From: Candidatus Helarchaeota archaeon
GTDB lineage: Archaea > Asgardarchaeota > Lokiarchaeia > Helarchaeales > RDOG01
Direction: 5' to 3'
Assembly (NCBI GenBank): GCA_019058315.1
Contig: JAHPZH010000001.1
Location: forward strand, 695,536 to 759,535
DNA: 64,000 bases
The notes below the pieces were generated by a model, which was given only the letters and a program-made list of their open reading frames with translations, ran no database searches and had not been told where the DNA came from. The stretch's first letter is position 1. Every line of letters begins with the position of its first letter. The position numbers and the translations under genes are program-made. Positions 1-9,918 of this stretch are shown in pieces.

Positions 1-2
1 CT

Positions 3-914
3 CCTCCTAATTTTGAACGATTAGAAAATGCAGTTTCTTTAGATTTAAAAATCGGAGGGTCGGAAGCAAATGTCGCAATTGCCTTGGCACGCTTAAAACT
101 AAAAACTAGTTGGTATTCAAAGCTAACCGATAATTCTCTGGGTCGAAGAATAGAAAATGAGATTAGAAAATGGAATGTCGATACTAATCATCTAATTTGG
201 ACAGCAGATTCTAGAGTTGGATTATATTTTTTAGAATTTGGTAGTAAACCGAGACCCTCTAAAGTGATTTATGATAGAAAAAATTCTGCTATTTCAAATA
301 TTTCAAAGAATGAAATAGATTGGAACTATTTAGGAGATACAAAATTATTTCATACTTCTGGAATAACTCTTGCATTAAGTGAAAATTGTAGAGAAGTAGT
401 ATCTTCCATTTTAGATTTTTGTAAATCAAAAAATATCATAACTTCCTTTGATATTAATTATAGATCAAAATTATGGACTATAAAAGAAGCAAGGGACAAG
501 TTGGAACCGATTTTAAGCAAAATTGATATAATAATAAGTTCAGAAAATGATATAGATCTCATATTTGGATATAAAGGCGATTTTAAGGAAAAAGCTAAAA
601 AAATTAAGAATGAATTCAAACCAAAAGTTGTTGCTCTTACCAGAGGTCCAGAATCACCATTGATTCTTGATGAAACTGGAAAAATTCTATTGGGAACTGG
701 AAATCGTCCTAATCTAATTGATAGGATTGGGGCAAGCGATGCTTTTGCGGGAGGGATAATTTATGGCTATCTAAAAAATGACATTGAAAAAGGATTACAA
801 TATGCCGAGGCTATGTCAGCACTAAAATTTTCAATACCTGGTGATTTTGCAATTATTAATATTGAAGAAATTGAGGAGTTCATAAAAACAAAAAAATCTA
901 CAATCGATAGATAA
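3..914 (+). CDS. kdgK: PfkB-family sugar kinase, 2-keto-3-deoxygluconate kinase-like (5' end truncated by window edge)
   Basis: The frame is open from base 3 (PPNFERLENAVSLDLKIGGSEANVAIALAR). It has GGxEANVA, VIYDRKNSA, HTSGITLAL, SFDINYRSKLW and DRIGASDAFAGG (PfkB signature 2). Confidence 0.8.
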   Translation, partial: PPNFERLENAVSLDLKIGGSEANVAIALARLKLKTSWYSKLTDNSLGRRIENEIRKWNVDTNHLIWTADSRVGLYFLEFGSKPRPSKVIYDRKNSAISNISKNEIDWNYLGDTKLFHTSGITLALSENCREVVSSILDFCKSKNIITSFDINYRSKLWTIKEARDKLEPILSKIDIIISSENDIDLIFGYKGDFKEKAKKIKNEFKPKVVALTRGPESPLILDETGKILLGTGNRPNLIDRIGASDAFAGGIIYGYLKNDIEKGLQYAEAMSALKFSIPGDFAIINIEEIEEFIKTKKSTIDR

Positions 915-926
915 AGGTATGAGAAA

Positions 927-3900
927 TTAATTTTCGAATATTTTTTGAACAAATTTATCTATTTTTGAAAAAACCTCTATATCTCCCATATAATTTTTAA
1001 ATTCTTCTTCAAAAAACTCTTCAACTATTTGAATTAATTCTTTTAATTTATTTTGTAATGTAATTAAATTTTCGTCTGTTATTAAAGCAGCACTTACATA
1101 TCTACCGTGTTCGAGGAGGATTGTTGCCTCTTCTTGTTCAACTATTTTTATTTTTGTCTTATCTAAAGTTAATTCTTGCAATAAAGCGGATATTCCTGTT
1201 AATCCTCCTGCAACTAATTGCGACTCAAGCTCATCTACCTCTTCCACCTCTCTAAACGATTTACTATAAATACATGTTCCATTCGGCATGATAAAATAGA
1301 TTTGATGGATTCTTTTTGGCCAATTTAATTCGGATTCTGTTGCTAAATCTGTTCTTTGCATCTCGTCAATATCAATTGAGGAACTTATTTCGCTGGGACT
1401 AGCAGGAGCTGAAATTCCAATACTGCTGGCTGAAATTGCAGGTTTCTCAATAAGATTTAGTGCAGATGTAAGTATTGCTCTTTCATCTTTAATCATTTTT
1501 AAATGTTTTAAAATCTCATCTCTTTTTTGTTTGTATCCTGCGTCAGTAAAAATTTTTAATGCGTTATTGAGATAAGTTATGGCAATATTCAAATATTGAT
1601 TCTTTTTAGAAAAGTCCATTACATTATCAGATTGAATCAGATGCCATAATCCATCAAAATAAGTCGATGTTGCTAAAGCCCATTGGGCATCTTGTTTAAA
1701 TCCACCCATTTGATATTGTTTTGATGATTCTCGTAAGTACATTTTTATTCTTTTATAATAATCAGTTTTTTCTATTAAATCGATGGATTGGTCAAAACGA
1801 CTTCCATATTCAAGAGCTGAGCAAAAAAGTGAATTTCCTAATGATAATTTTTTCATTCTACTTTCTGGAAAATGTGTGCTTGCATCTTTAAACAAATCAG
1901 AAGCTACACCATAAAGTGATGGTTTTTGATCTACTTCCGCTCGCTCCATATTTTCCCAAGCTTGACATAGATAAAAAATTGCTTTTAATTCTTCTCCTTC
2001 AGTTTTAATTGTTTTAGAGATATTTTCAAAAAGAGTACCTGCTTTATTATAAAGTTCGGCAGCAAGGAGATGATTTCCACTTTTACTTTCTAATCTTGCT
2101 TGCTCAATCTGTTGACGAGCAATACAATAGGTCACTCTATATTCCGCAACTTGAATTAATTTTGAAATTCTATCTATTTCCTCTAAAATTTTCTTTTTTC
2201 CAAGAGTTGTATTGAGGACTTCAATTGCTTCTTGAAAATTAACCTTGGCAACTAAATAGGTTGCGGCTGCTTCCTGATGTTTATTTATTTTGCTTAATTT
2301 TTCTGCTTTTTCTAAAGTTGACCATGCAAAATAGAAAGGAGCTTCAAATCTATACTCACGAATATCCTTTAATATGTAACTTGCTTGTTCGTAATTTAAT
2401 TGTGCATTTTGATGGTCTTCATTTGCATGATAAGATTTAGCAAATTCAATAATTTTCCAAGCGTTGACATAATTTTTTAATTTTTCAATTCTTTTACCTA
2501 ATTTCGTAAAAGTAAGCGTCATGATTGCGTTATCAAATGAATTAATCGCATTCTTATAATTATCTGCCGCAGAGAGGTAGTTTCCTAAACGATCATCAAT
2601 TTGTGCTGCCTTTACATAAGCCGAACCTACTAAATTAAAATAACCCTTGTTTTTACAATACTCTATCGTATCCATATGCGTCGAATAAGATTGATTAATT
2701 AATTTATCATCATCTGTTAGTCTTCCCAACTCGTAGTAAATATCTCCTAATATGAATAGATGTTCGATATATAAAAAAGCAGCTTCTTGTTTTTTGCTTT
2801 GTGTTAAAAGTTCAATTGCTTTTTCATAATATTTAACAATATCTGATTTTATTGAGGAATTTATTGCCAGATAAATTGCGGCTCTGGAAGTAGACATTAG
2901 AAAAATTGAATAATAATACGTATTTTGAATTCTCTCAATTTTATATTTAAATATATTATCAAAAATCTTAGATGCCATCTGTAAATATTTAGAACTCTCT
3001 TGTATATCTTTAGACAAATCCCCAATTATTGCATAATTCGTACTCATAGCTATATCTCTTGTCAAATTATATATTTTATAACTGGGATTCATGACTATTG
3101 ATGAAAGTTCAATTGATATTCGATTAATTAAATCTGCAGATTTTTTAGAAAAATCAATACGTTGCATGTCCGGAATTGTTGGGCTAATTGCAATCATACC
3201 AACTACAGCTGCTGATACAAAAACAACATTTGCCACCATTATCTTTGGAAAGTATAAAGAAATAGAATCTATACATCTATCTAAATCATCCATGACACGT
3301 TTAAAATCAGCACTAAAATAACCTAAATATATTGACATTACTGCATTGGAGAAACGAACAAAATAGAATAAAGTTAAAAATTGATTAGCATTAGTTTTGT
3401 GCAATAATAGTTCCGCTTTTTTTATAGAATTTTGAGATGATTTTAAGACTTTTTTTAAAAGAAATTGATTATCTACATATAATAGAGAAAAAAACATATA
3501 TAATACAGAATATATCGAGTATGCGTTAAATAAACATAGCGTTTTATCTGAATTTTCAAATTTTTCGATAAATTCTTTAACTATTTCCTGATTATCTGTG
3601 AGATATTGCTTCTTTATTAAATTATCGGCAGGTAAATATGCAAATGTGAGGTGACAAAATTCCACGATACTGAGCAAATAATATTGTAGGTAAATTTCAG
3701 GAAAATCTTGTAGGTTTTTTAATTCTTCCCATATTTTTTTTGTAAGATTATCATGCTCCAGAGCCAATTCCTTAAAATCCGTATTTTCGTCAAGTCGGAT
3801 TATTTTCTCACTAATAATTAAATTCAATGCGTTACTTTCAAAAATGACCATTTTTAAAGAGTCTATTAATTTTCCATTTTTTATATTAAGTAATTTAGCC

Positions 3901-4310
3901 TCCTTAAAATGGTTTTTCGCTGAAAATAATAAAAATTCTTCATTTCCTTTTTCAAATTCAATAATATATTTTAGAAAGTTAATGAATCCCATAGTAGCAT
4001 TTATTTTTTCGACGTTGTTTAACTCTTTAAATATTATAAGAGCTTTTTGAAAACTTGAGATTGATAATTGATAACTCTTTAACACATCTTCTTCGATTTT
4101 TTCGAAATTTGCAGCCATCTGATAAATTTCGCCCAATCTATAATTTGCGTCACCTGATAATTCTTTATATTTTTGCTCAGAACTGATTTTTCTCGCTTCT
4201 TCTAAATGATTTATTGCATCTTTCCAGTTATATTTACGTTCGTCTTCTGTTGCTTTGGTAAATAATTCTTTTACTTGCTGTAAAATTTCATCTCGTGACA
4301 ATTCTGACAT
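927..4310 (-). CDS. Large TPR/helical-repeat protein with C-terminal longin-like domain (Asgard-type)
   Basis: About 950 aa of TPR-like helices (GDANYRLGEIYQ, LGDIYYELGRL, AADNYKNA). The last ~125 aa read IHQIYFIMPNGTCIYSKSF..LVAGGLTGISALLQEL..ILLEHGRYVSAALIT..FFEEEFKNYMGD, a longin-like pattern. Confidence 0.7.
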   Translation of the reverse strand: MSELSRDEILQQVKELFTKATEDERKYNWKDAINHLEEARKISSEQKYKELSGDANYRLGEIYQMAANFEKIEEDVLKSYQLSISSFQKALIIFKELNNVEKINATMGFINFLKYIIEFEKGNEEFLLFSAKNHFKEAKLLNIKNGKLIDSLKMVIFESNALNLIISEKIIRLDENTDFKELALEHDNLTKKIWEELKNLQDFPEIYLQYYLLSIVEFCHLTFAYLPADNLIKKQYLTDNQEIVKEFIEKFENSDKTLCLFNAYSIYSVLYMFFSLLYVDNQFLLKKVLKSSQNSIKKAELLLHKTNANQFLTLFYFVRFSNAVMSIYLGYFSADFKRVMDDLDRCIDSISLYFPKIMVANVVFVSAAVVGMIAISPTIPDMQRIDFSKKSADLINRISIELSSIVMNPSYKIYNLTRDIAMSTNYAIIGDLSKDIQESSKYLQMASKIFDNIFKYKIERIQNTYYYSIFLMSTSRAAIYLAINSSIKSDIVKYYEKAIELLTQSKKQEAAFLYIEHLFILGDIYYELGRLTDDDKLINQSYSTHMDTIEYCKNKGYFNLVGSAYVKAAQIDDRLGNYLSAADNYKNAINSFDNAIMTLTFTKLGKRIEKLKNYVNAWKIIEFAKSYHANEDHQNAQLNYEQASYILKDIREYRFEAPFYFAWSTLEKAEKLSKINKHQEAAATYLVAKVNFQEAIEVLNTTLGKKKILEEIDRISKLIQVAEYRVTYCIARQQIEQARLESKSGNHLLAAELYNKAGTLFENISKTIKTEGEELKAIFYLCQAWENMERAEVDQKPSLYGVASDLFKDASTHFPESRMKKLSLGNSLFCSALEYGSRFDQSIDLIEKTDYYKRIKMYLRESSKQYQMGGFKQDAQWALATSTYFDGLWHLIQSDNVMDFSKKNQYLNIAITYLNNALKIFTDAGYKQKRDEILKHLKMIKDERAILTSALNLIEKPAISASSIGISAPASPSEISSSIDIDEMQRTDLATESELNWPKRIHQIYFIMPNGTCIYSKSFREVEEVDELESQLVAGGLTGISALLQELTLDKTKIKIVEQEEATILLEHGRYVSAALITDENLITLQNKLKELIQIVEEFFEEEFKNYMGDIEVFSKIDKFVQKIFEN

Positions 4311-4577
4311 TATTTGAAAATCCGCTCTCAGTTATCTTAATTTAAATAAATATTTCTCAAATATAAAAAGATACAATACAACAATTGTCTAGAAAAATGG
4401 ATATTTCAACTCAAGGAAATCTAAGAAGTAATAAACTTTTATAGTAAAACTCTTAAAACTAAGGATTGAAATTTAAATTGAAAAAGTGTATTTATTCTAT
4501 CATTTTCTTTCTAGATGAGTAAATATCTTCTCAAACACTGTTATAATAAAATAAAAGAATATTTGGTTGGGATAATA

Positions 4578-7500
4578 ATGAAAAAAATCGCGAAAATTAG
4601 TTCAAGTATAGTAATTCTTGCTCTTTTATTAGGTCTCTTTGTTAACCTTCCTAATTGGAATCAATCCAATATAATTACTCTACCATTTCCTAATTCAGAA
4701 AGTCAACTCACTGTTAAATATGATATATGGTCAGATGGTGCTATATGGCATATAAGTGGAGACACAGACCTTGCAGCTGCTTCCACTGATCCTACCTATG
4801 GGGGCGGTGGATATGGTAATTCTACCCACCCTTATATAATTGAGAATGTTACTTATAATGTATATACACAGAATGCACATGGAATCACGATTCGCGATAC
4901 TTCCAAGCATTTCATTCTAAGGAATTGCTACATGTATGCCCCAAAAAGATGGAATGATGGACCTAACCCGTACGGGGGATTCTTGTTCTTAAACGTGACA
5001 AATGGACTTGTTAACAGTTGCAAAGTCACCGGTTATCCCTTATTCACTGCTACGCATCCTACGTTGTTTGCATTTTGGGCTGAACAGTGTTTCAATTTAA
5101 CATTTGATAACTGTGAGGTGAGTAACATCGATTATCTCAGCCGATTTTGTCCGGTTTACCTAGGATTTGCCATTTACACTGGTAATAATAATATCACGAT
5201 AAAAAACTGTGATATACAATGCTCACAAGGGATGGAGCTTTATTGTTCCTCAAATCTTACCATTCAAGGTAATAATATTGGCGGACCCTCAGGTCTTCCC
5301 ATAGAACAGGACATGGCAGAGATAAAAAACGGGATTATTGTAACAAAAACTAATAATAGCCTCATAGAAGATAATGATTTTGATTATTTTGGTAATACTA
5401 ATGATTATACATGTGGTATTAGTCTTGGTACTACAGAAAATAATATAATTGTAAATAATTACATTCCCCAACCCTATGAGGGTAGACAAATTATAGAATA
5501 CACGAGTGGTGTTGATAACTCATTTATAAAATTAGAATCACCTACAGATAATACGGATTATGTGGGGCCCGAAGCACCCTCACCGGGTTATTACACCAAT
5601 TCGGAAGGTTTTGAAAGACTTGGGGATATGACCTATCCATGGGGTGAACCATATACATCTGAATCAATTTGGAAGCATTATATAGGAGCAAATTCCACTT
5701 TAGCGATTATCCCAAACAAAACGGATGCAGGGGGAAATGACCATAAAAAGGTACTAGAATGCTACAATTGGGAGGGAATCTCATACTATGTTGACAAGCG
5801 GCTAGACAATCCGCTATCAATACCTCTCTCGGGAACCTATGAATTTTGGTTTGCAAAAGAGGATTCGGGATCTGGAACCGTCGCATTTCAGTTTTATCAT
5901 GAGATTCCTGAAGTTACATTAGAAAATACATCTGAGATTATGTTAGAAGGTGGTTTGTTTAAGTATCGGGATAATGTTACACTGGTCAATACAGGCATCC
6001 CAGTAGCGGAAGACAAGTGGTATAGGCTTTCGATCGATTTTTGTGCTGATAGTAGTTCATATGAAGGCCTACCCTCAAATCACTGTCAGTTTCGTATTCA
6101 TGATTCAGATGGACATAGATTATTATACCGCTCTCCAGCTATCGAATTTTTGAATGAATCTATCGATCATTTTAGGGTTACAACTCAAACCAGTGGGAGT
6201 TCAAATCTCACAGTATTTATTGATGCGCCAGGATTTTCATGGGATCCAAGTTATGAAGTAGGTGATAATGCGGATGAAGGAATACTCCTTAATTTTACCT
6301 ATCAACAAGATGGAGTCTGGGATTATTCTTTAGCATATTCAGTTGATGGTCAACCAGAGATAAGTGATCCTATTCATTTTGAATGGTTAGCTGCTGGCAA
6401 AAAAGTCATCCCGTTACCAGATTCAGATGGTACGCATTCCATTCAATTAAAATGTAATGCTACAGTCTATTATACTATGTTTAATTATGCTCCTTCTACT
6501 TATCTCTCGAAAACAAAATCATTTACGATTAGTTATTATAACACCTATTTGGATATTATCGAGCACACGGAAAATGGCGAAGTATTTCCTCCGGGATTGC
6601 TCGGTCTGACAACTGCTGAAGATTTAATGGTTAATATGACCTATAAAACCCGGCTCGGGACCGCCCCAGACACGATGGATACGTGGACGAATGTCTCTTG
6701 GTACTATAAAATTAATAACAACCCTTGGAATGGACCTTACAACCTGGGCTATTGGTACGGGCTCAAAAATGTGAGTTTTGTCATAAGTAACACTTCGTAT
6801 AACGCCTTTGACCATATTTATTACTATTTAGCATTCGAACAGTATGATAATGACAGTAAATATCTCGATAGCTATTATTGGACTGGAGATTCTCATCAGC
6901 AAGGAGCCTTTCAATATGATGAATGGGAAGCCCAGTCAACCGCGTTTCATAAGAAGGTCGCACCCATTGCTTATGATTTGTCGTTGAATTATAGCGTGTT
7001 TTTCCATTCCCAAGTAGAAACTACTCTCCCCCACGTGGGAGGGTATAATGATACAGCATATCCAATGTTGGGTATTACAAATGGAGAAATTCAGGTCGAT
7101 TTTCATAATCTCACAAGCACCCTGACCAATTATAGCGTTGTGTGTTTAAATAACCAAACTAATTTGAATCATACAATGGATCAAGCCTCGAGCAACATTT
7201 CTACCACTGTTTCACCCATATTTAATTATGACCAGGGAATTAAAAGCCCATTTATATTACCTTTAACCTTACCGTTGACAGTGAATGATAATTATACCTT
7301 TCCAGTGATGTGGTTTGATGGGCTTGATTCTGACCGCAATTTGACCTTTACTGGAGATCTTCTCAATTTAACATATCGCGGTGAAGAGGAATTTTGGCCG
7401 TATTCCTGGCGTACAGCATTGAAATTCAGCTCGGATGATAATAAACACATCATTCGTTACGACAAATTCACAAAAATAATGATTTATTATGAATCACTCA

Positions 7501-8738
7501 ACGATACAATCCCTAATGCGACTCAAAAAATGGTCTTTGCCCTTGTAGAAAACAATGCTGATTATCCAAGTAACTTGTATATAGAGACTCGTGCCGAGGT
7601 CGTCTATGAGGATATATATATCATTCCTGACCACCTTCTGGCAATTGTATACGATCCACCAGGAGATCATAGTTATGGTCAATTCAAATCAGGAACAACA
7701 ACTACAGTAGGTTTTCAAGTCGATACTGAAGTTGTAGTGGAAGAAGAGTTTCAATTCGATTTAAATATTCTTGGATTTGAGGTTTCGGATTATATCCAAG
7801 ATGAAATTGGATGTGAAGATTATCATAACGTAGAAGTGGATGGCAAAACATACGAAACAGTCGCAGAAATTACATTTCAGAAAACTTTAACCTCTTCAAC
7901 TTTTTCTGACAATGCATCATTCATTGGTCATGGGGGCGGAGATCTCTATTATGGTTCCGGGCTCCTTGTACATTATTATGTAATGCAATACTTTGATTAT
8001 ATCGTAATTGGCAATGAATCTCAAATGACTGTGGAAGAATCTAAAGATCCTCCAAATCAACAATTAGATGATATTTTAGTTTGGAATGGAACTTTCTGGG
8101 TGGATTATTTACTGAATTTAAATTCTACCTTCAGCGTACTTGGTGCATATCTCGATGATTATAATCATCAAATTGGAAATGATAACTATAGCTTATCAAC
8201 ACTTTTAGCTGATAATATTTTTGTAGATAATGAACTTCTTGGAGATGAGCTTGATCATGTGGAGATACTTCCAGAATCACCAGTCTTTTGGACCCCAGGT
8301 ACTTATACTGAATATTTATCATCCATGACAGAAACTACTTCTGAGGTTAGATATTCTGTAAGAACAGAAATTCCTGAATCAAAGGCGTTCGAATATGGTA
8401 ATAGTTTATCTGGCGGGCCTGGGGGGACATGTGTGGGTATACTTGGCTGGGGTGTAAATTTTGATATGACAACAACAATAACCACTACCACATTAGATAC
8501 TACAGCAACCGAAACAAATGAAGAGATTCTCTGCCATCTTGAGGATGACGATGGGATGCCTATAGGGCTCCATGATCAATTTCTTATTGACATATATAAA
8601 GATAGACGATTTAATACATTTGGATTCATTATTCATGAAAATCAATCTTATTCTTCTTCTCCATTCGAGAATTTTAGTCGCGACCGCCGACCACCTCTGA
8701 ACTGTTTGATGTCCCAGCTTATCTCCAAGGGAATGTAA
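4578..8738 (+). CDS. Large secreted/cell-surface protein, N-terminal part (right-handed beta-helix, LamG-like and further beta domains); frameshifted into the next ORF
   Basis: ATG 4578 precedes a signal-like hydrophobic segment (MKKIAK..IVILALLLGLFV). Also GYGNSTHPYIIEN followed by PbH1/NosD-like repeats, a SGTYEFWF..KWYRLSIDF jellyroll-like stretch, and many N-x-S/T sequons. Confidence 0.7.
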   Translation: MKKIAKISSSIVILALLLGLFVNLPNWNQSNIITLPFPNSESQLTVKYDIWSDGAIWHISGDTDLAAASTDPTYGGGGYGNSTHPYIIENVTYNVYTQNAHGITIRDTSKHFILRNCYMYAPKRWNDGPNPYGGFLFLNVTNGLVNSCKVTGYPLFTATHPTLFAFWAEQCFNLTFDNCEVSNIDYLSRFCPVYLGFAIYTGNNNITIKNCDIQCSQGMELYCSSNLTIQGNNIGGPSGLPIEQDMAEIKNGIIVTKTNNSLIEDNDFDYFGNTNDYTCGISLGTTENNIIVNNYIPQPYEGRQIIEYTSGVDNSFIKLESPTDNTDYVGPEAPSPGYYTNSEGFERLGDMTYPWGEPYTSESIWKHYIGANSTLAIIPNKTDAGGNDHKKVLECYNWEGISYYVDKRLDNPLSIPLSGTYEFWFAKEDSGSGTVAFQFYHEIPEVTLENTSEIMLEGGLFKYRDNVTLVNTGIPVAEDKWYRLSIDFCADSSSYEGLPSNHCQFRIHDSDGHRLLYRSPAIEFLNESIDHFRVTTQTSGSSNLTVFIDAPGFSWDPSYEVGDNADEGILLNFTYQQDGVWDYSLAYSVDGQPEISDPIHFEWLAAGKKVIPLPDSDGTHSIQLKCNATVYYTMFNYAPSTYLSKTKSFTISYYNTYLDIIEHTENGEVFPPGLLGLTTAEDLMVNMTYKTRLGTAPDTMDTWTNVSWYYKINNNPWNGPYNLGYWYGLKNVSFVISNTSYNAFDHIYYYLAFEQYDNDSKYLDSYYWTGDSHQQGAFQYDEWEAQSTAFHKKVAPIAYDLSLNYSVFFHSQVETTLPHVGGYNDTAYPMLGITNGEIQVDFHNLTSTLTNYSVVCLNNQTNLNHTMDQASSNISTTVSPIFNYDQGIKSPFILPLTLPLTVNDNYTFPVMWFDGLDSDRNLTFTGDLLNLTYRGEEEFWPYSWRTALKFSSDDNKHIIRYDKFTKIMIYYESLNDTIPNATQKMVFALVENNADYPSNLYIETRAEVVYEDIYIIPDHLLAIVYDPPGDHSYGQFKSGTTTTVGFQVDTEVVVEEEFQFDLNILGFEVSDYIQDEIGCEDYHNVEVDGKTYETVAEITFQKTLTSSTFSDNASFIGHGGGDLYYGSGLLVHYYVMQYFDYIVIGNESQMTVEESKDPPNQQLDDILVWNGTFWVDYLLNLNSTFSVLGAYLDDYNHQIGNDNYSLSTLLADNIFVDNELLGDELDHVEILPESPVFWTPGTYTEYLSSMTETTSEVRYSVRTEIPESKAFEYGNSLSGGPGGTCVGILGWGVNFDMTTTITTTTLDTTATETNEEILCHLEDDDGMPIGLHDQFLIDIYKDRRFNTFGFIIHENQSYSSSPFENFSRDRRPPLNCLMSQLISKGM

Positions 8739-8782
8739 CCTTACATTGTGCTGCTGTAGATGATGAAACTGGTGTCGATTAC

Positions 8783-9712
8783 GTGAAATTCTACTATGAT
8801 GATGATCCAGTTTTTGGTGCTGATTCTCAACTAATTCCAACCGAAACCATGCCCAACGTGTATGGTACTGTCTATAATGCAACGACGATCGATGTGTATG
8901 ATTTACCGTGGAATACAAGCGCTTTCCATGGAACATATTACCTATTTGCTGTAACATACGACAGTGCTGACCCTCTAGCAAACTATCTTGTTTCGTCAGT
9001 ATATACAGTTGAGATTGATAACGTTCTTCCGACAGTCTGTCAGGCACGCGTATACGGACCATATACTGGTGCAATTTCTCTCTATGCCAATGTTTGGGAC
9101 GCAGATTCTGGGATAGATTATGTGGAATATTGGGATGGAGACCCCACAAATCCCAATAGTACGTTACTTGGGATGAGTTTCGATGCTAGTAGTTCCTATA
9201 GCTTTGCCTGGGCGACCGACCCTAGCGGATTGGATGATGGTCTACATTATATTTACGCCCGTGCCTATGATGAAGCTGGAAACTACCTCGATTCAACATC
9301 ATTCGAGATAAATGTGTATTCCCATGCCCCGTCGGAGCCCATCGATCCGTTATATTTGATTGGAGGTTTGATGGCAGGTACGATGGGAGATATGACAAAA
9401 GATTTGATTATATTTACATTAATAGGTGCTTTAGTTGTCTTTGCAAGCGTTATGACAGTGATGGTATGGAAATCGCGTAAACCCTCAACCTTACCTTCCA
9501 AATCGAAAGCTGAACTATCTACCAAACAACCACTTGATATTTTAAAAACAAGATTGGCGATGGGTGAAATTACGCAAGATGAATACATCCAAAATAAGAA
9601 ATTGATAGAAGAATCGGATACTTCAGTTGACCAGACATCTACTACTAAAAAAGCTCCACCAGATCCAAATAAAAGTATCAAAAAATCAGCTAAAAAAGCC
9701 CGCAAACGCTGA
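8783..9712 (+). CDS. C-terminal part of the surface protein: two Ig-like domains, TM anchor, SHOCT domain, basic tail
   Basis: The frame is open from 8678 and reads SELFDVPAYLQGNVTLHCAAVDDETGVDYVKFY upstream of the called GTG. Ig-like motifs DSGIDYVEYW and YIYARAYDEAGN. TM LIIFTLIGALVVFASVMTVMVW. SHOCT-like PLDILKTRLAMGEITQDEY. Confidence 0.7.
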   Translation: MKFYYDDDPVFGADSQLIPTETMPNVYGTVYNATTIDVYDLPWNTSAFHGTYYLFAVTYDSADPLANYLVSSVYTVEIDNVLPTVCQARVYGPYTGAISLYANVWDADSGIDYVEYWDGDPTNPNSTLLGMSFDASSSYSFAWATDPSGLDDGLHYIYARAYDEAGNYLDSTSFEINVYSHAPSEPIDPLYLIGGLMAGTMGDMTKDLIIFTLIGALVVFASVMTVMVWKSRKPSTLPSKSKAELSTKQPLDILKTRLAMGEITQDEYIQNKKLIEESDTSVDQTSTTKKAPPDPNKSIKKSAKKARKR

Positions 9713-9918
9713 AGGTAATTGGAGACATTTTTTAATTTATTCTTAATCACTTTTTTTATTTATTTTTAAAATTTTTGATTTCTACTTGAAATTTACACAG
9801 GAACAAAAATATTCCTCCGTATGAGCTAGGATTCTCTAAAAATCGACAATTGATAACTTTTTAATATTGAGATATGAGATAAAAATCTAGATTAGTAAAT
9901 TCTAATGGTCTGATTAAA

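Noticed and set aside
8678-8738. Programmed -1 ribosomal frameshift
   Set aside because: No slippery heptamer or obvious stimulatory structure in the overlap window; a simple indel is more parsimonious.
8493-9149. 218-aa antisense ORF (and 9283..9750 minus)
   Set aside because: These are shadow frames of the GC-richer surface-protein gene, with no recognisable motifs.
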